Below, in pieces: positions 33,557-42,188 of a DNA stretch of 64,000 nucleotides. The DNA lies in contig CAVPSB010000014.1 in NCBI GenBank assembly GCA_963708025.1, positions 320,001-384,000 of the forward strand, written 5' to 3'. The notes under the pieces were generated by a model that was given only the letters and a program-made list of their open reading frames with translations, had not been told where the DNA came from and ran no database searches. Position numbers and translations under genes: made by a program. The first letter of the stretch is position 1. Every line of letters starts with the position of its first letter. This DNA is from an uncultured Candidatus Rokubacteria bacterium. GTDB lineage: Bacteria; Methylomirabilota; Methylomirabilia; Rokubacteriales; DASRDR01.

Positions 33557-34627
33557 CTACATCCGGGATTTGACTTCCTTCTCCCAGCGCTGGCGCCACT
33601 CGCTCGCCTTCTGGCCCATGGTCCCCCAGTCGAGCCAGATCGCGTTCTCCAGCACCTTGGGATTCAGGGCCTCGTCCACCCGCTGGGCCATTCCCGGCTC
33701 CGGGAAGGCGGGGATGTTGTGGGTCAGCTTGGCGTAGCGGGAGTTGTTCTCCGCGGTGAGCAGCTCGGTGACGACCTCCTCGGCCACCCGGATCTGGTCC
33801 GGGGTGCTGCCCTTGACGATCTGCAGGTAGATCGGGAAGGCCACCGCGCCTTCCTTGGGGTTCGCGAAGCCGAGCGGCGCGCCCTCGTCGGCCCAGAACT
33901 TCCAGATGGCGGAGAACCAGGGGGCGATCTGCGCCTCGCCCGTCACCAGGATGTTCTTGAGCTGGTCGTTGCTCGTCGGCAGGGCCCGGATGTTCTTCGC
34001 CTGCTCGGCCCAGACGCGGAAGCCCGGCTCGATGTCCTTCTCGCTCCCCCCGTTCAGGCGGGCGGCCAGGACCAGGGGTATGAAGTTGTTGTCGAAGAAG
34101 GTGACCTTGCCGCGCCACTTCGGGTCCCACAGGGCGGTCCAGGTGGCCGGCGGCTCCTTCACGAGGCTCTTGTTGTACATGAGGCCGACGTTGATGATGC
34201 CGTAGCCGATCCCCTTGTTCGCCGGCCGGCGGAGACTCTGGTTGATCTTGCCGACGGCCGGGATCCGCGCGGGGTCCATGGTCACCCACATGTCGTCGGC
34301 GTCGCCGCGGTTCGCCATGTCCACGTTGAAGTAACCGAAGTTGACCAGCGGGGCGTTGGGGTTCGCCTGCTTCGCCGCCAGCATCTTCGGGTAGGTGACG
34401 GCGTTGGTGGACTCCCAGAACTCGATCTCGACGTCGGGATGGCTCTTGAGATAGCTGGCGACCACCTCACGCGGCAGGACGCCCTGGCCGGCGCCGGCCC
34501 AGATGAACATGGTGAGCTTCACCTTGGCGGCGGCCCGGGCGGGCCGGCGGCTCGCCAGGCTCGCGCCGGCGGCGAGCCCGGACACCAGGAACGAGCGACG
34601 GGAGACGGCAGGGCGATTGCCACTCAT
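33557..34627 (-). CDS. ABC substrate-binding protein (PotD-like) with Tat signal
   Basis: SRRSFL; GLMYN, WTALWDPKWRGKV, PKEGAV. Confidence 0.88.
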   Translation of the reverse strand: MSGNRPAVSRRSFLVSGLAAGASLASRRPARAAAKVKLTMFIWAGAGQGVLPREVVASYLKSHPDVEIEFWESTNAVTYPKMLAAKQANPNAPLVNFGYFNVDMANRGDADDMWVTMDPARIPAVGKINQSLRRPANKGIGYGIINVGLMYNKSLVKEPPATWTALWDPKWRGKVTFFDNNFIPLVLAARLNGGSEKDIEPGFRVWAEQAKNIRALPTSNDQLKNILVTGEAQIAPWFSAIWKFWADEGAPLGFANPKEGAVAFPIYLQIVKGSTPDQIRVAEEVVTELLTAENNSRYAKLTHNIPAFPEPGMAQRVDEALNPKVLENAIWLDWGTMGQKASEWRQRWEKEVKSRM

Positions 34628-34647
34628 CACGGGCCTCCTCTGGGATC

Positions 34648-34733
34648 TTCGGGACCTCCCTCTACCCCCCCAGCCCCCCTCCCCCACCCACTGGGGGGAG
34701 GGGGGAGCCGGAGGCCCCTTCACATCCTCTGAG
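34648..34733 (+). repeat. Family-A REP-like element, empty loop
   Basis: TTCGGGACCTCCC…CCCCCTCCCCCA-cccac-TGGGGGGAGGGGGGAGCCGGAGG plus tail CTTCACATCCTCTGAG. Confidence 0.85.
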
Positions 34734-34768
34734 TCTGGGGATCTCACTCGCGGTGCGGCGAGGGCATG

Positions 34769-35347
34769 CTACCCCATTCCCGGCGAGGGGGGCAACCGCC
34801 GGGCCGACCAGTCGTGGGCGGGGGAGTAGCGCTCCTGGTGGACGACCTCCTGCCACGGGCGCCGGGGCCGCGGCGCCGGCGCGTCGGCGGGGTGACCCAC
34901 GATCACCAGGCCCACCGGGACGACGTGGGGCGGCAGGCCGAGGGCGGCCTGGACGTGCTCCTCGTGGAAGTCGCCGATGAAGCCGCAGCCGAGGCGCTCG
35001 TCCACCGCCGCCAGCATGAAGAGGAGCGCGGCGTACGCCACGTCCATGTAGAGGTACTTGCCGGCGCCGCGGGCGCCGTAGCGCTCGGCCTCGCGGAGGA
35101 GATCGCCGCAGAAGGCGACGGTCAGGGCCCCGGCGTCGGGCCGCGCGCCCCGGCTCCAGGACGCCCGCGCCAGCTCACGGCGGAGCGCCGGATCCCGCAC
35201 CACCACTAGCTCCAGCGGCTGCGTGTGCCCGGCGCTCGGCCCGCGCTGGGCCACGCGGAGCAGCCGGCCCAGCACCTCGTCGTCCACCGGCCGGGGCTCG
35301 AACGTCCGGACCATGCGCCGCCGGCGCAGCACCTCGCGGAATTCCAT
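34769..35347 (-). CDS. Nitroreductase family protein
   Basis: RRRMVRTF, PSAGHTQP, LAAVDERLGCGFIG. Confidence 0.88.
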   Translation of the reverse strand: MEFREVLRRRRMVRTFEPRPVDDEVLGRLLRVAQRGPSAGHTQPLELVVVRDPALRRELARASWSRGARPDAGALTVAFCGDLLREAERYGARGAGKYLYMDVAYAALLFMLAAVDERLGCGFIGDFHEEHVQAALGLPPHVVPVGLVIVGHPADAPAPRPRRPWQEVVHQERYSPAHDWSARRLPPSPGMG

Positions 35348-35371
35348 CGGCTGACCTCCTGTCTTCCACTT

Positions 35372-35560
35372 TCACTCCAAGGGGATGCCCCAGTACGGGG
35401 AGGCACGGATCACGAGGTGATCGGGGACGAACAGCGCGTCGAAGCCGACCGCCTCGGCGATCCGCGCCAGGTCGCGCAGCTCGCGCCATCGCGGCAGCCA
35501 GGCGTCGCCGAGCCAGCTCTCGAGGGTCGGGAGGAAGAGCCCGAGGCGCAGTGAACCCAT
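35372..35560 (-). pseudogene. N-terminal stub of an LLM-class oxidoreductase
   Basis: MGSLRLGLFLP…ARIAEAVGFDALFVPDHL, stop after ~62 aa. Confidence 0.75.
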
Positions 35561-35641
35561 ACCCGTCTTTCGGCAGCCTGGGCGGCATCGTAAACTAAGC
35601 CCCGGCCGGAAGCCAGGCGGCGATGAACGAGCGGCACTCGC

Positions 35642-35767
35642 AGCTGGTGGACGATGACGTTCCCCGGCCTGGCGCTCTTCGTCACCGTCATCTGCTTCAG
35701 CCTGCTGGGCGATGCCATCAACGACGTGGTCGGCTTGCGAGGCCGCCGCCCGGCGGCCGGCGGCTGA
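35642..35767 (+). pseudogene. C-terminal stub of a DppC-like permease
   Basis: SWWTMTFPGLALFVTVICFSLLGDAIND…*; same motif as the tails of the two intact DppC genes here. Confidence 0.75.
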
Positions 35768-35786
35768 CCACCAGAGAGGAGACATC

Positions 35787-36791
35787 ATGCGCTTCGTCGT
35801 GTGCGGCGCCGGCGCCATCGGGGGCGTGATCGGCGGCCAGCTCGCCAAGGCCGGGCTCGACGTGATCTTCATCGAGAAGAACCCGGCGCACGTGGAGGCC
35901 ATCAACCGGGAAGGCCTCGTGCTCAAGGGGATCCACGGGACCCACGTCCTGCGACTGCCGGCGGTGCCGGAGGCGCGCGCGGCCGGCCTCCGCGCGGGGG
36001 ATGCGATCGTGCTCGCCGTGAAGTCGCAGCACACCGACGCGGCCGCCGCCGAGCTGCGGGCGGCGACGCCCCTCGAGCTGCCGGTGTTCTGCGCCCAGAA
36101 CGGGATCCGCAACGAGGAGGCGGCGGGGCGCCACTTCCGTGACGTCAACGGCGTCATGGTGCTGATCGGGGCCAAGCACCTGGTCCCGGGTGAGGTCGTG
36201 CACACCTCCGCGGGTCCGCTCGGCGTCGGCGCCTGGCCGACCGGGCTCAGCCCGGCGGCCCGTGACTTCGCGGCGGCGGCGGGCAAGACCGAGCTGCCGG
36301 TCTACACCACCGAGAACGTGCGCGCCGCCAAGTGGAACAAGATGCTCATGAACCTGAACAACGCGACGATGGGGCTCACCGGGCTCTCCGGCCAGGAGGC
36401 GCGCTCGGACCGGGAGGTGCGGGCGTTCATGGCCGAGGTCTACGACGAGGGGGTCCGGGTGGTGCGGGCCGCCGGCATCCCCTTCGAGGGGCCGCCGGGG
36501 GCGGGGTCGATCGAGGAGCAGATCCGGTGGCTCCGGAGCGACGCGCCGGGGCCGGCGGTGCCGGCCGAGGCGGAGGCCCGGCACTACGCCTCGCTCTGGC
36601 AGGACCTCCATCACCGCCGCGGCGAGGTGGAGGCCGACTACTTCAACGGGGAGATCGTCCGGCTCGGGCGGCAGGTGGGGATCCCGACGCCCTACAGCGG
36701 CCTGCTCCTCGCCCTCATCAGCGAGATGGCGGTGGCCCGCGAGCGACCGGGCAAGTACACGGTGGGTCAGCTCCGCGCGCGCCTGGCCTGA
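35787..36791 (+). CDS. Ketopantoate reductase family oxidoreductase (second paralog)
   Basis: VCGAGAIGG, LAVKSQ, AQNGI, KWNKML, SLWQD, EADYFNG. Confidence 0.88.
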   Translation: MRFVVCGAGAIGGVIGGQLAKAGLDVIFIEKNPAHVEAINREGLVLKGIHGTHVLRLPAVPEARAAGLRAGDAIVLAVKSQHTDAAAAELRAATPLELPVFCAQNGIRNEEAAGRHFRDVNGVMVLIGAKHLVPGEVVHTSAGPLGVGAWPTGLSPAARDFAAAAGKTELPVYTTENVRAAKWNKMLMNLNNATMGLTGLSGQEARSDREVRAFMAEVYDEGVRVVRAAGIPFEGPPGAGSIEEQIRWLRSDAPGPAVPAEAEARHYASLWQDLHHRRGEVEADYFNGEIVRLGRQVGIPTPYSGLLLALISEMAVARERPGKYTVGQLRARLA

Positions 36792-36794
36792 TTA

Positions 36795-36860
36795 TCGGGA
36801 CCTCCCTCCTACCCCCCCAGCCCCCCTCCCCCACCCACTGGGGGGAGGGGGGAGCCGGAG
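36795..36860 (+). repeat. Family-A REP-like element, empty loop, between convergent genes
   Basis: Near-identical to 34648-34714. Confidence 0.85.
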
Positions 36861-36862
36861 CC

Positions 36863-37867
36863 TTACCTCCCGGAGAGGGACTCGTCGGGGGCGAAGGTGC
36901 GGATGGCCGCCGACCAGGCGTGGTAGGCGTCCAGGCCGACCGGGACCGGGGCGATGACGGGCAGGGCGACCCCGAGGGCGCGATACTCCGCGAGCCGGCC
37001 GCGCCAGCCGGCCGGCTCGCCGGACAGTGCGACGGCCTCCAGCATCCGGTCGGAGACCTGGGCGGCGGCGGCTTCGATCCCCTGCGGCAGCGCGGCCATG
37101 ACGGCCGCCGTCTCGCGGCCGAAGCCGCTCCGGTCGAACATCTGCCGGTAGAAGTCGAGCGTGACGTAGCGCGCGGTCTCGAGCGCCACGCTCCGCGTGA
37201 CGGCCGCCGGGTCCTCGCCCACCGCGGCCCGGATGTAGCAGGCGACGTTGACCGCGGCGGGGTCGCGGCCGGCCCGCTCGGCGCCCGCCCGCACCCCGGC
37301 CACCGCCTCCCGCACGTAGTCGGGAGTGGCCCAGTTGAGCAGGACGCCGTCGGCCACCTCGCCGGCCAGCCGGCACATCTGCGGCGCGAGGGCCGCCACG
37401 TAGATCGGCAGGGCCGGGCGCTCCGGGACGAAGTCGAGCTGGAACCGGGTCACCGGCGCGAGCGTCGCCGGCGGCAGCGGCCGCCCCTCGAGGATGGCCC
37501 GGGCGAGCCCGACGTACTCCCGCATCCGACCGACCGGCCGCTCGAACGCGACGCCGTGCCCGGTCTCCAGCGGCTCCTTGTGGCCGATGCCGAGGCCGAG
37601 GATCGCCCGGCCGCCGGAGACGTGGTCGAGGGTGGCCGCGGTCATGGCCAGGATCGACGGGGAGCGGGGGTAGATCGTGACGATGCCGGTCCCGAGCTGG
37701 ATCGTGCGGGTCGCGAGCGCGTACGCGGTGAGCTGGGAGAAGGCGTCCTTGCCCGAGCCCTCGGGGACCCACAGGCTCTCGTAGCCGCAGGCCTCGGCAA
37801 GGCGGGCCAGCTCGACGAGCTGGCGGACGGGGAGCCGCTCCTCGCGGAGGCGCAGGCCGAGTCGCAT
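36863..37867 (-). CDS. LLM-class flavin/F420-dependent oxidoreductase
   Basis: GYESLWVPE, IQLGTGIV, SGGRAILGLGIG, PIYVAALAP, GEVADG. Confidence 0.9.
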   Translation of the reverse strand: MRLGLRLREERLPVRQLVELARLAEACGYESLWVPEGSGKDAFSQLTAYALATRTIQLGTGIVTIYPRSPSILAMTAATLDHVSGGRAILGLGIGHKEPLETGHGVAFERPVGRMREYVGLARAILEGRPLPPATLAPVTRFQLDFVPERPALPIYVAALAPQMCRLAGEVADGVLLNWATPDYVREAVAGVRAGAERAGRDPAAVNVACYIRAAVGEDPAAVTRSVALETARYVTLDFYRQMFDRSGFGRETAAVMAALPQGIEAAAAQVSDRMLEAVALSGEPAGWRGRLAEYRALGVALPVIAPVPVGLDAYHAWSAAIRTFAPDESLSGR

Positions 37868-37870
37868 TGT

Positions 37871-37938
37871 TTGGGACCTCCCGCCTACCCCCCCAACCCC
37901 CCTCCCCCACCCACCGGGGGGAGGGGGGAGCCGGAGGA
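37871..37938 (+). repeat. Family-A REP-like element, empty loop
   Basis: TTGGGACCTCCCGCCTACCCCCCCAACCCCCCTCCCCC…GGGGGGAGGGGGGAGCCGGAGG. Confidence 0.85.
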
Positions 37939-37956
37939 GGCGATTGCTTCACCGCT

Positions 37957-39029
37957 TCAGGCGTAGCGGGTCCGGAGCAGGTCGGCTGCCGCGCACATCG
38001 CGCGGAGCTTCCCGTAGGCCTCGTCGAGGTCCATCGGGTTCTGGACCGACGGGGAGAAGCCGCAGTCGGGGTGGAGCGTGATCCGCTCCTTCCCGACGTG
38101 CCGCATCGCCGCCTCCACCCGGGCCACCACGTCCTCGGGCCGCTCGATCTGCCGGTCGCAGTGGTCGATGCACCCGAGGCCGAGCCGCACGCCCTCCGGG
38201 AAGCGGGCCAGCGAGGCCACGCCGCCGGCGACCGGGGTCGCGTACTCCATGCAGAGGGTGCCGACCCGGAGACGGGCGAGGGCCGGCATGATCAGATCGT
38301 AGGGGCCCTCGGTGGCGTGGCGGTGGTCGAAATGGGCGTGGCAGAGGTGCATGGCCGTGGCGATGCCCCCGTCGCGATCGAAGCCATCGAGCGTCTGGTT
38401 CACGAGGTCGACGCACAGGTCCATCTCGTACTGCGGGTCCTGATCCCCTCCCGCTCGCGGAAGCGGGGATCGACCAGCGTGGCCACCCACGGCTCGTCGA
38501 GCTGGACGGTGTCGGCCCCGGCCGCCCGGACCGCCTCGATCTCGCGGCGGAGCACGCCCACGCAGTCGGCCATCAGCCGCTCGCGGGTGGGGTACGCCTG
38601 CCGGGAGTGCTCGGGGTGCCACATGCGCCGGCCGATGATGTAGGGCGCGGGGAGGGTCACCTTGACCCGGCGCCGGGTGCGGGGCCGGAGGTGGCGGACC
38701 TCCTCGGCGGCGATCGGGCGGTGGTATTCGATGGGGGCGACCACGGCGGGGTAGGGCAGCCCGCCGCTCGGGTTCAGGTCGGGCTGGAAGCCGTGGACGC
38801 GCTCGGCGAAGACCTTGACGTAGCTCTCGCGCCGCCACTCGCCGTCGGTGATCTCGTCGAGGCCGGCGCGCTCCTGGAGCGCGATCGCCGACTCGATGGC
38901 CCGGTCGAGGAGCCGGTCGGCGTCGGTCTCGGCCAGGCGGCCGGCCTTCCGGTCGAGGATGACGTCCCGCAGCCAGGCCGGGCGCGGCAGGCTGCCGATG
39001 ACGGTGGTGGGGAAGAGGGGCGCGGGCAC
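37957..39029 (-). CDS. Cobalamin-independent methionine synthase II (MetE C-terminal-like) family protein; frameshift near 38440
   Basis: TTVIGSLPRP, ITDGEWRR, VQLDEP; second frame HLC, E and PDCGF zinc ligands. Confidence 0.85.
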
Positions 39030-39081
39030 CCCCCGAGTCTACCAGCATCGGACCGGAGGCGCCACCGGCCGGGGCGACCAC

Positions 39082-39197
39082 TGAGAGGGTGTGAAGGAAT
39101 TGGACGCTCCGGCTCCCCCCTCCCCCCCGCCAAAGGCCGAAGGCCGTCGAACAATTTGGGGGAGGGGGGTTGGGGGGGTGGGCGGGAGGTCCCGAAC
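39082..39197 (-). repeat. Family-A REP-like element with one 19-nt module
   Basis: Module at 39130-39148; tail reverse complement CTTCACACCCTCTCAG. Confidence 0.85.
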
Positions 39198-39291
39198 TGA
39201 GTGGTAGACTGTTCGGGGCCGGCTCCCCGGGGACCCGGGCGGTCCGGGACCGTTTCCGGGACGATCGACACTCAGAGAGGCGGAGGCGCAG

Positions 39292-40158
39292 ATGCGGCGA
39301 AGTATGCTCATCGTTCTGGCGATGCTGACGATGCTGGTGGTGGTGACGGCGAGCCACGCCCAGACGCTCACGGGGACCCTCAAGAAGGTCAACGACAGCG
39401 GCACGCTGACCCTGGGATACCGCGAGAACGTGCCGCCCATCTCTTCCACCGGCGCCGACGGGAAGCCGGTCGGCTACTCGATCGACCTCTGTCAGGAGAT
39501 CGCCACCGCGGTCCAGCAGGAGCTGAAGCTGGCGAACCTCGCGGTCCGCTGGGTGCCGGTGACGCCCGAGAACCGCGTGGACGCCGTGGCCAACGGCACC
39601 GTGGACATCGAATGTGGCGTGACGACCAACTCACTCTCCCGCCAGCAGAAGGTTGACTTCACCCTCATGACCTTCATCGACGGCGCCAGCATCCTGATCG
39701 TGGAAGGCATGGGGATCGGCGGCGTGGCCGACCTCGGCGGCAAGCGGATCGCGGTCGTCACCGGGACCACGACCCAGAAGGTTCTCGCCGACTTCCTCCG
39801 CGAGCAGTCGATCGCGGCCACGGTGGTCCCCGTGAGGGACCACGACGAGGGGCTCGCGGCGCTGGAGTCCTCCAAGGTCGACGCGTACGTCTCCGACCGC
39901 GCCATCCTGATCGGCCTGGCCATGCGGGTCCGCGGCACGAAGCGGCTCGCCCTGCTGCCCGACGCGCTCTCCTACGAGCCGTACGGCTTCATGGTGCGGC
40001 GGGACGACTCGGCGTTCCGTCTCGTCGCCAACCGCACGCTGGCCCGGGTCTACCGGTCGGGGGCCATCGGGACGATCTACGCCAAGTGGTTCGGAGCGCT
40101 CGGCAAGCCCAGCCCGGCCCTCATCCTGATGTACGCCATCCAGGGCCTCCCCGAGTAG
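39292..40158 (+). CDS. Amino acid ABC substrate-binding protein (GltI-like), stand-alone
   Basis: TLKKVNDSGTLTLGYRE, GYSIDLC, DIECGVTT, SYEPYG. Confidence 0.9.
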   Translation: MRRSMLIVLAMLTMLVVVTASHAQTLTGTLKKVNDSGTLTLGYRENVPPISSTGADGKPVGYSIDLCQEIATAVQQELKLANLAVRWVPVTPENRVDAVANGTVDIECGVTTNSLSRQQKVDFTLMTFIDGASILIVEGMGIGGVADLGGKRIAVVTGTTTQKVLADFLREQSIAATVVPVRDHDEGLAALESSKVDAYVSDRAILIGLAMRVRGTKRLALLPDALSYEPYGFMVRRDDSAFRLVANRTLARVYRSGAIGTIYAKWFGALGKPSPALILMYAIQGLPE

Positions 40159-40187
40159 CGCGCGGCCCGCGCGCCGCTTTCCGTCCG

Positions 40188-40229
40188 CCCCCCTCTCCCT
40201 CCCCGGGGAGGGAGGGGTTGGGGTTGGGC
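40188..40229. repeat. REP-like hairpin, CCCTCTCCC-related family
   Basis: CCCCCTCTCCCTCCCC/GGGGAGGGAGGGG followed by TTGGGGTTGGG. Confidence 0.6.
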
Positions 40230-40350
40230 GGTGCCCAAAAGTGCCGGGTTTGCGCCTCCCACGCGCTATGCTCGCGGCGACGTGGGAGGGCCCTCGGTCC
40301 GGCCGATCCCGCGTCACCGGGTCACGCGGGATCGGCGGGAGGGGCGGTCG

Positions 40351-41907
40351 ATGGGGCACCTGGGCAGGTTCAGGCTGACCGCGAAGCTTGTCGTTCCGTT
40401 CATCGTGGTCTTCGCGGGCACGGTCGTCCTGCTGAGCGCCTACTTCGTCAACTTCGGGCGCACCGTCATGCTGGAGAGCCTCGAGCGGCGGGCCGAGATC
40501 CTCGCCGACCCCTTCGCCGCCGCCGTCTCCGAGGCGGTGGCCGTCACCGACACCGGCCGGGCCCAGGGTCTGCTCGAGCAGCTGAAGAAGGCGGATCCGG
40601 ACCTCGCCTATGCGGTCGTCGTCGACAAGAGCGGGAAGGCGTTCGCCAGCAGCGATCCGGCCCTCAAGGGGCAGACGCTCCTCCGTGACGCGTTCGAGCA
40701 AGCCATGTTCAAGACGGAGCAGCTGCTCCGGCGCCCGGTGCCGGGGCAGGAGATGTTCGAGGTCTCCATGCCGGTGACCTATCCCGTGCTCGGGAAGATC
40801 GGCGTCCTCCGGATGGGGTTCTCGACGTCGCGGATCCAGGCCACGGCGCGCCAGGCGGCGTGGACGGCGGCCGGCGCCGGCGGCCTCGCGCTGCTGGCCG
40901 GCGTCGTGCTCTACCTTTACGTGGCCCGCCGGACCGTCCACCCGCTGCGCGCCGTGGCCGGACGGCTCGATGAGCTCGCGAGCGAGGAAGCCGATCTCAC
41001 CGTGCGCATGCCGGTCGGCGCGGCGGACGAGGTGGGGCAGCTCGGGCGGGCCCTGAACGCCTTCCTGGACAACCTGAACCGGCTGATCCAGGAGATCCTG
41101 AAGTCCTCGGTTTCCGTGGGCGCCGCCTCCCAGCAGCTCTCGGAGGCGACCACGCAGCTGTCCTCGGGCGTCCAGCAGCAGGCCTCGGCCCTCGAGGAGA
41201 CCGCTGCCTCGCTCGAGGAGCTGGCGGGGACGGTCAAGCAGAACGCCGACAGCGCGCGGCAGGCCAACCGGCTGGCCCACGACTCTCGCGAGACGGCGGA
41301 GAAGGGCCAGGCGGTCGTCGTCGCGGCGGTGACGTCGATGCAGGAGATCACGCGGGCCTCGACGAAGATTGGCGAGATCATCACCGTGATCGACGAGATC
41401 GCGTTCCAGACGAACCTCCTGGCGCTGAACGCGGCGGTGGAGGCGGCGCAGGCGGGAGAGCAGGGGCGGGGGTTCGCGGTGGTGGCGGCGGAGGTGCGGA
41501 ACCTGGCGCAGCGGAGCGCGGGGGCGGCGCGGGAGATCAAGGGGCTGATCCAGGACGCGGTGGCCAAGGTGGAGGGGGGCGCGGGGCTGGTCAACCAGTC
41601 CGGGCAGGTGCTGGAAGCGATCGTGGCGTCGGCGAAGCAGGTCTCGGACATCGTGGGGGAGATCTCGGCGGCGAGCCAGGAGCAGTCGGGGGGGATCGAC
41701 CAGGTCAACCGCGCGCTGGGGCAGATGGATCACGTGGTCCAGGGAAACTCGGCGCAGACGGCGGAGCTTGCGTCCACCGCCCACGCCCTGGCGGCGCAGG
41801 CGGCCGAGTTGCAGGCCCTGGTGGCCCGCTTCAAGCTGGAGCGCGCGTCAACCCCGCCCCGGTTCTCCCCGCAGTCCGTATCCCCGCTGGCCCACCCCGC
41901 CGTTTAG
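40351..41907 (+). CDS. Methyl-accepting chemotaxis protein
   Basis: Two TM segments, HAMP ([11 protein letters not shown]), [37 protein letters not shown]. Confidence 0.93.
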   Translation: MGHLGRFRLTAKLVVPFIVVFAGTVVLLSAYFVNFGRTVMLESLERRAEILADPFAAAVSEAVAVTDTGRAQGLLEQLKKADPDLAYAVVVDKSGKAFASSDPALKGQTLLRDAFEQAMFKTEQLLRRPVPGQEMFEVSMPVTYPVLGKIGVLRMGFSTSRIQATARQAAWTAAGAGGLALLAGVVLYLYVARRTVHPLRAVAGRLDELASEEADLTVRMPVGAADEVGQLGRALNAFLDNLNRLIQEILKSSVSVGAASQQLSEATTQLSSGVQQQASALEETAASLEELAGTVKQNADSARQANRLAHDSRETAEKGQAVVVAAVTSMQEITRASTKIGEIITVIDEIAFQTNLLALNAAVEAAQAGEQGRGFAVVAAEVRNLAQRSAGAAREIKGLIQDAVAKVEGGAGLVNQSGQVLEAIVASAKQVSDIVGEISAASQEQSGGIDQVNRALGQMDHVVQGNSAQTAELASTAHALAAQAAELQALVARFKLERASTPPRFSPQSVSPLAHPAV

Positions 41908-41944
41908 CGGAACGCCCCCTCGCCGGGGCGCCCCCGGGGTCCGC

Positions 41945-42133
41945 TCAGCGGCACTCCCAGTGGTTGTAGACCCAGAACCAGCGGCAGGGGGGTGGGGCGT
42001 AGACCCCCGGAGGCGGTGGGGCCGGCGCGTAGACGGCGCGCGGAGGAGGGCCCGCCGGGACCACGATGCAGCCGGCGGCCGTGCCGGCGACGGCCGCGAG
42101 GATCAGCGAGAGGGCGAGTCGGCGAAGGGGCAT
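41945..42133 (-). CDS. Small Pro-rich lipoprotein
   Basis: Signal with lipobox AAG-C; repeated VYAP; AAGGAGG RBS. Confidence 0.7.
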   Translation of the reverse strand: MPLRRLALSLILAAVAGTAAGCIVVPAGPPPRAVYAPAPPPPGVYAPPPCRWFWVYNHWECR

Positions 42134-42188
42134 CCCGGACCTCCTTGACGGGTTGGACGGCCCGGGATGCCGCGGTCTTCGCCGGCGG

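Noticed and set aside
35561-35640. Riboswitch (GCCTGGGC resembling the ZTP 3' stem)
   Set aside because: The rest of the aptamer is absent.
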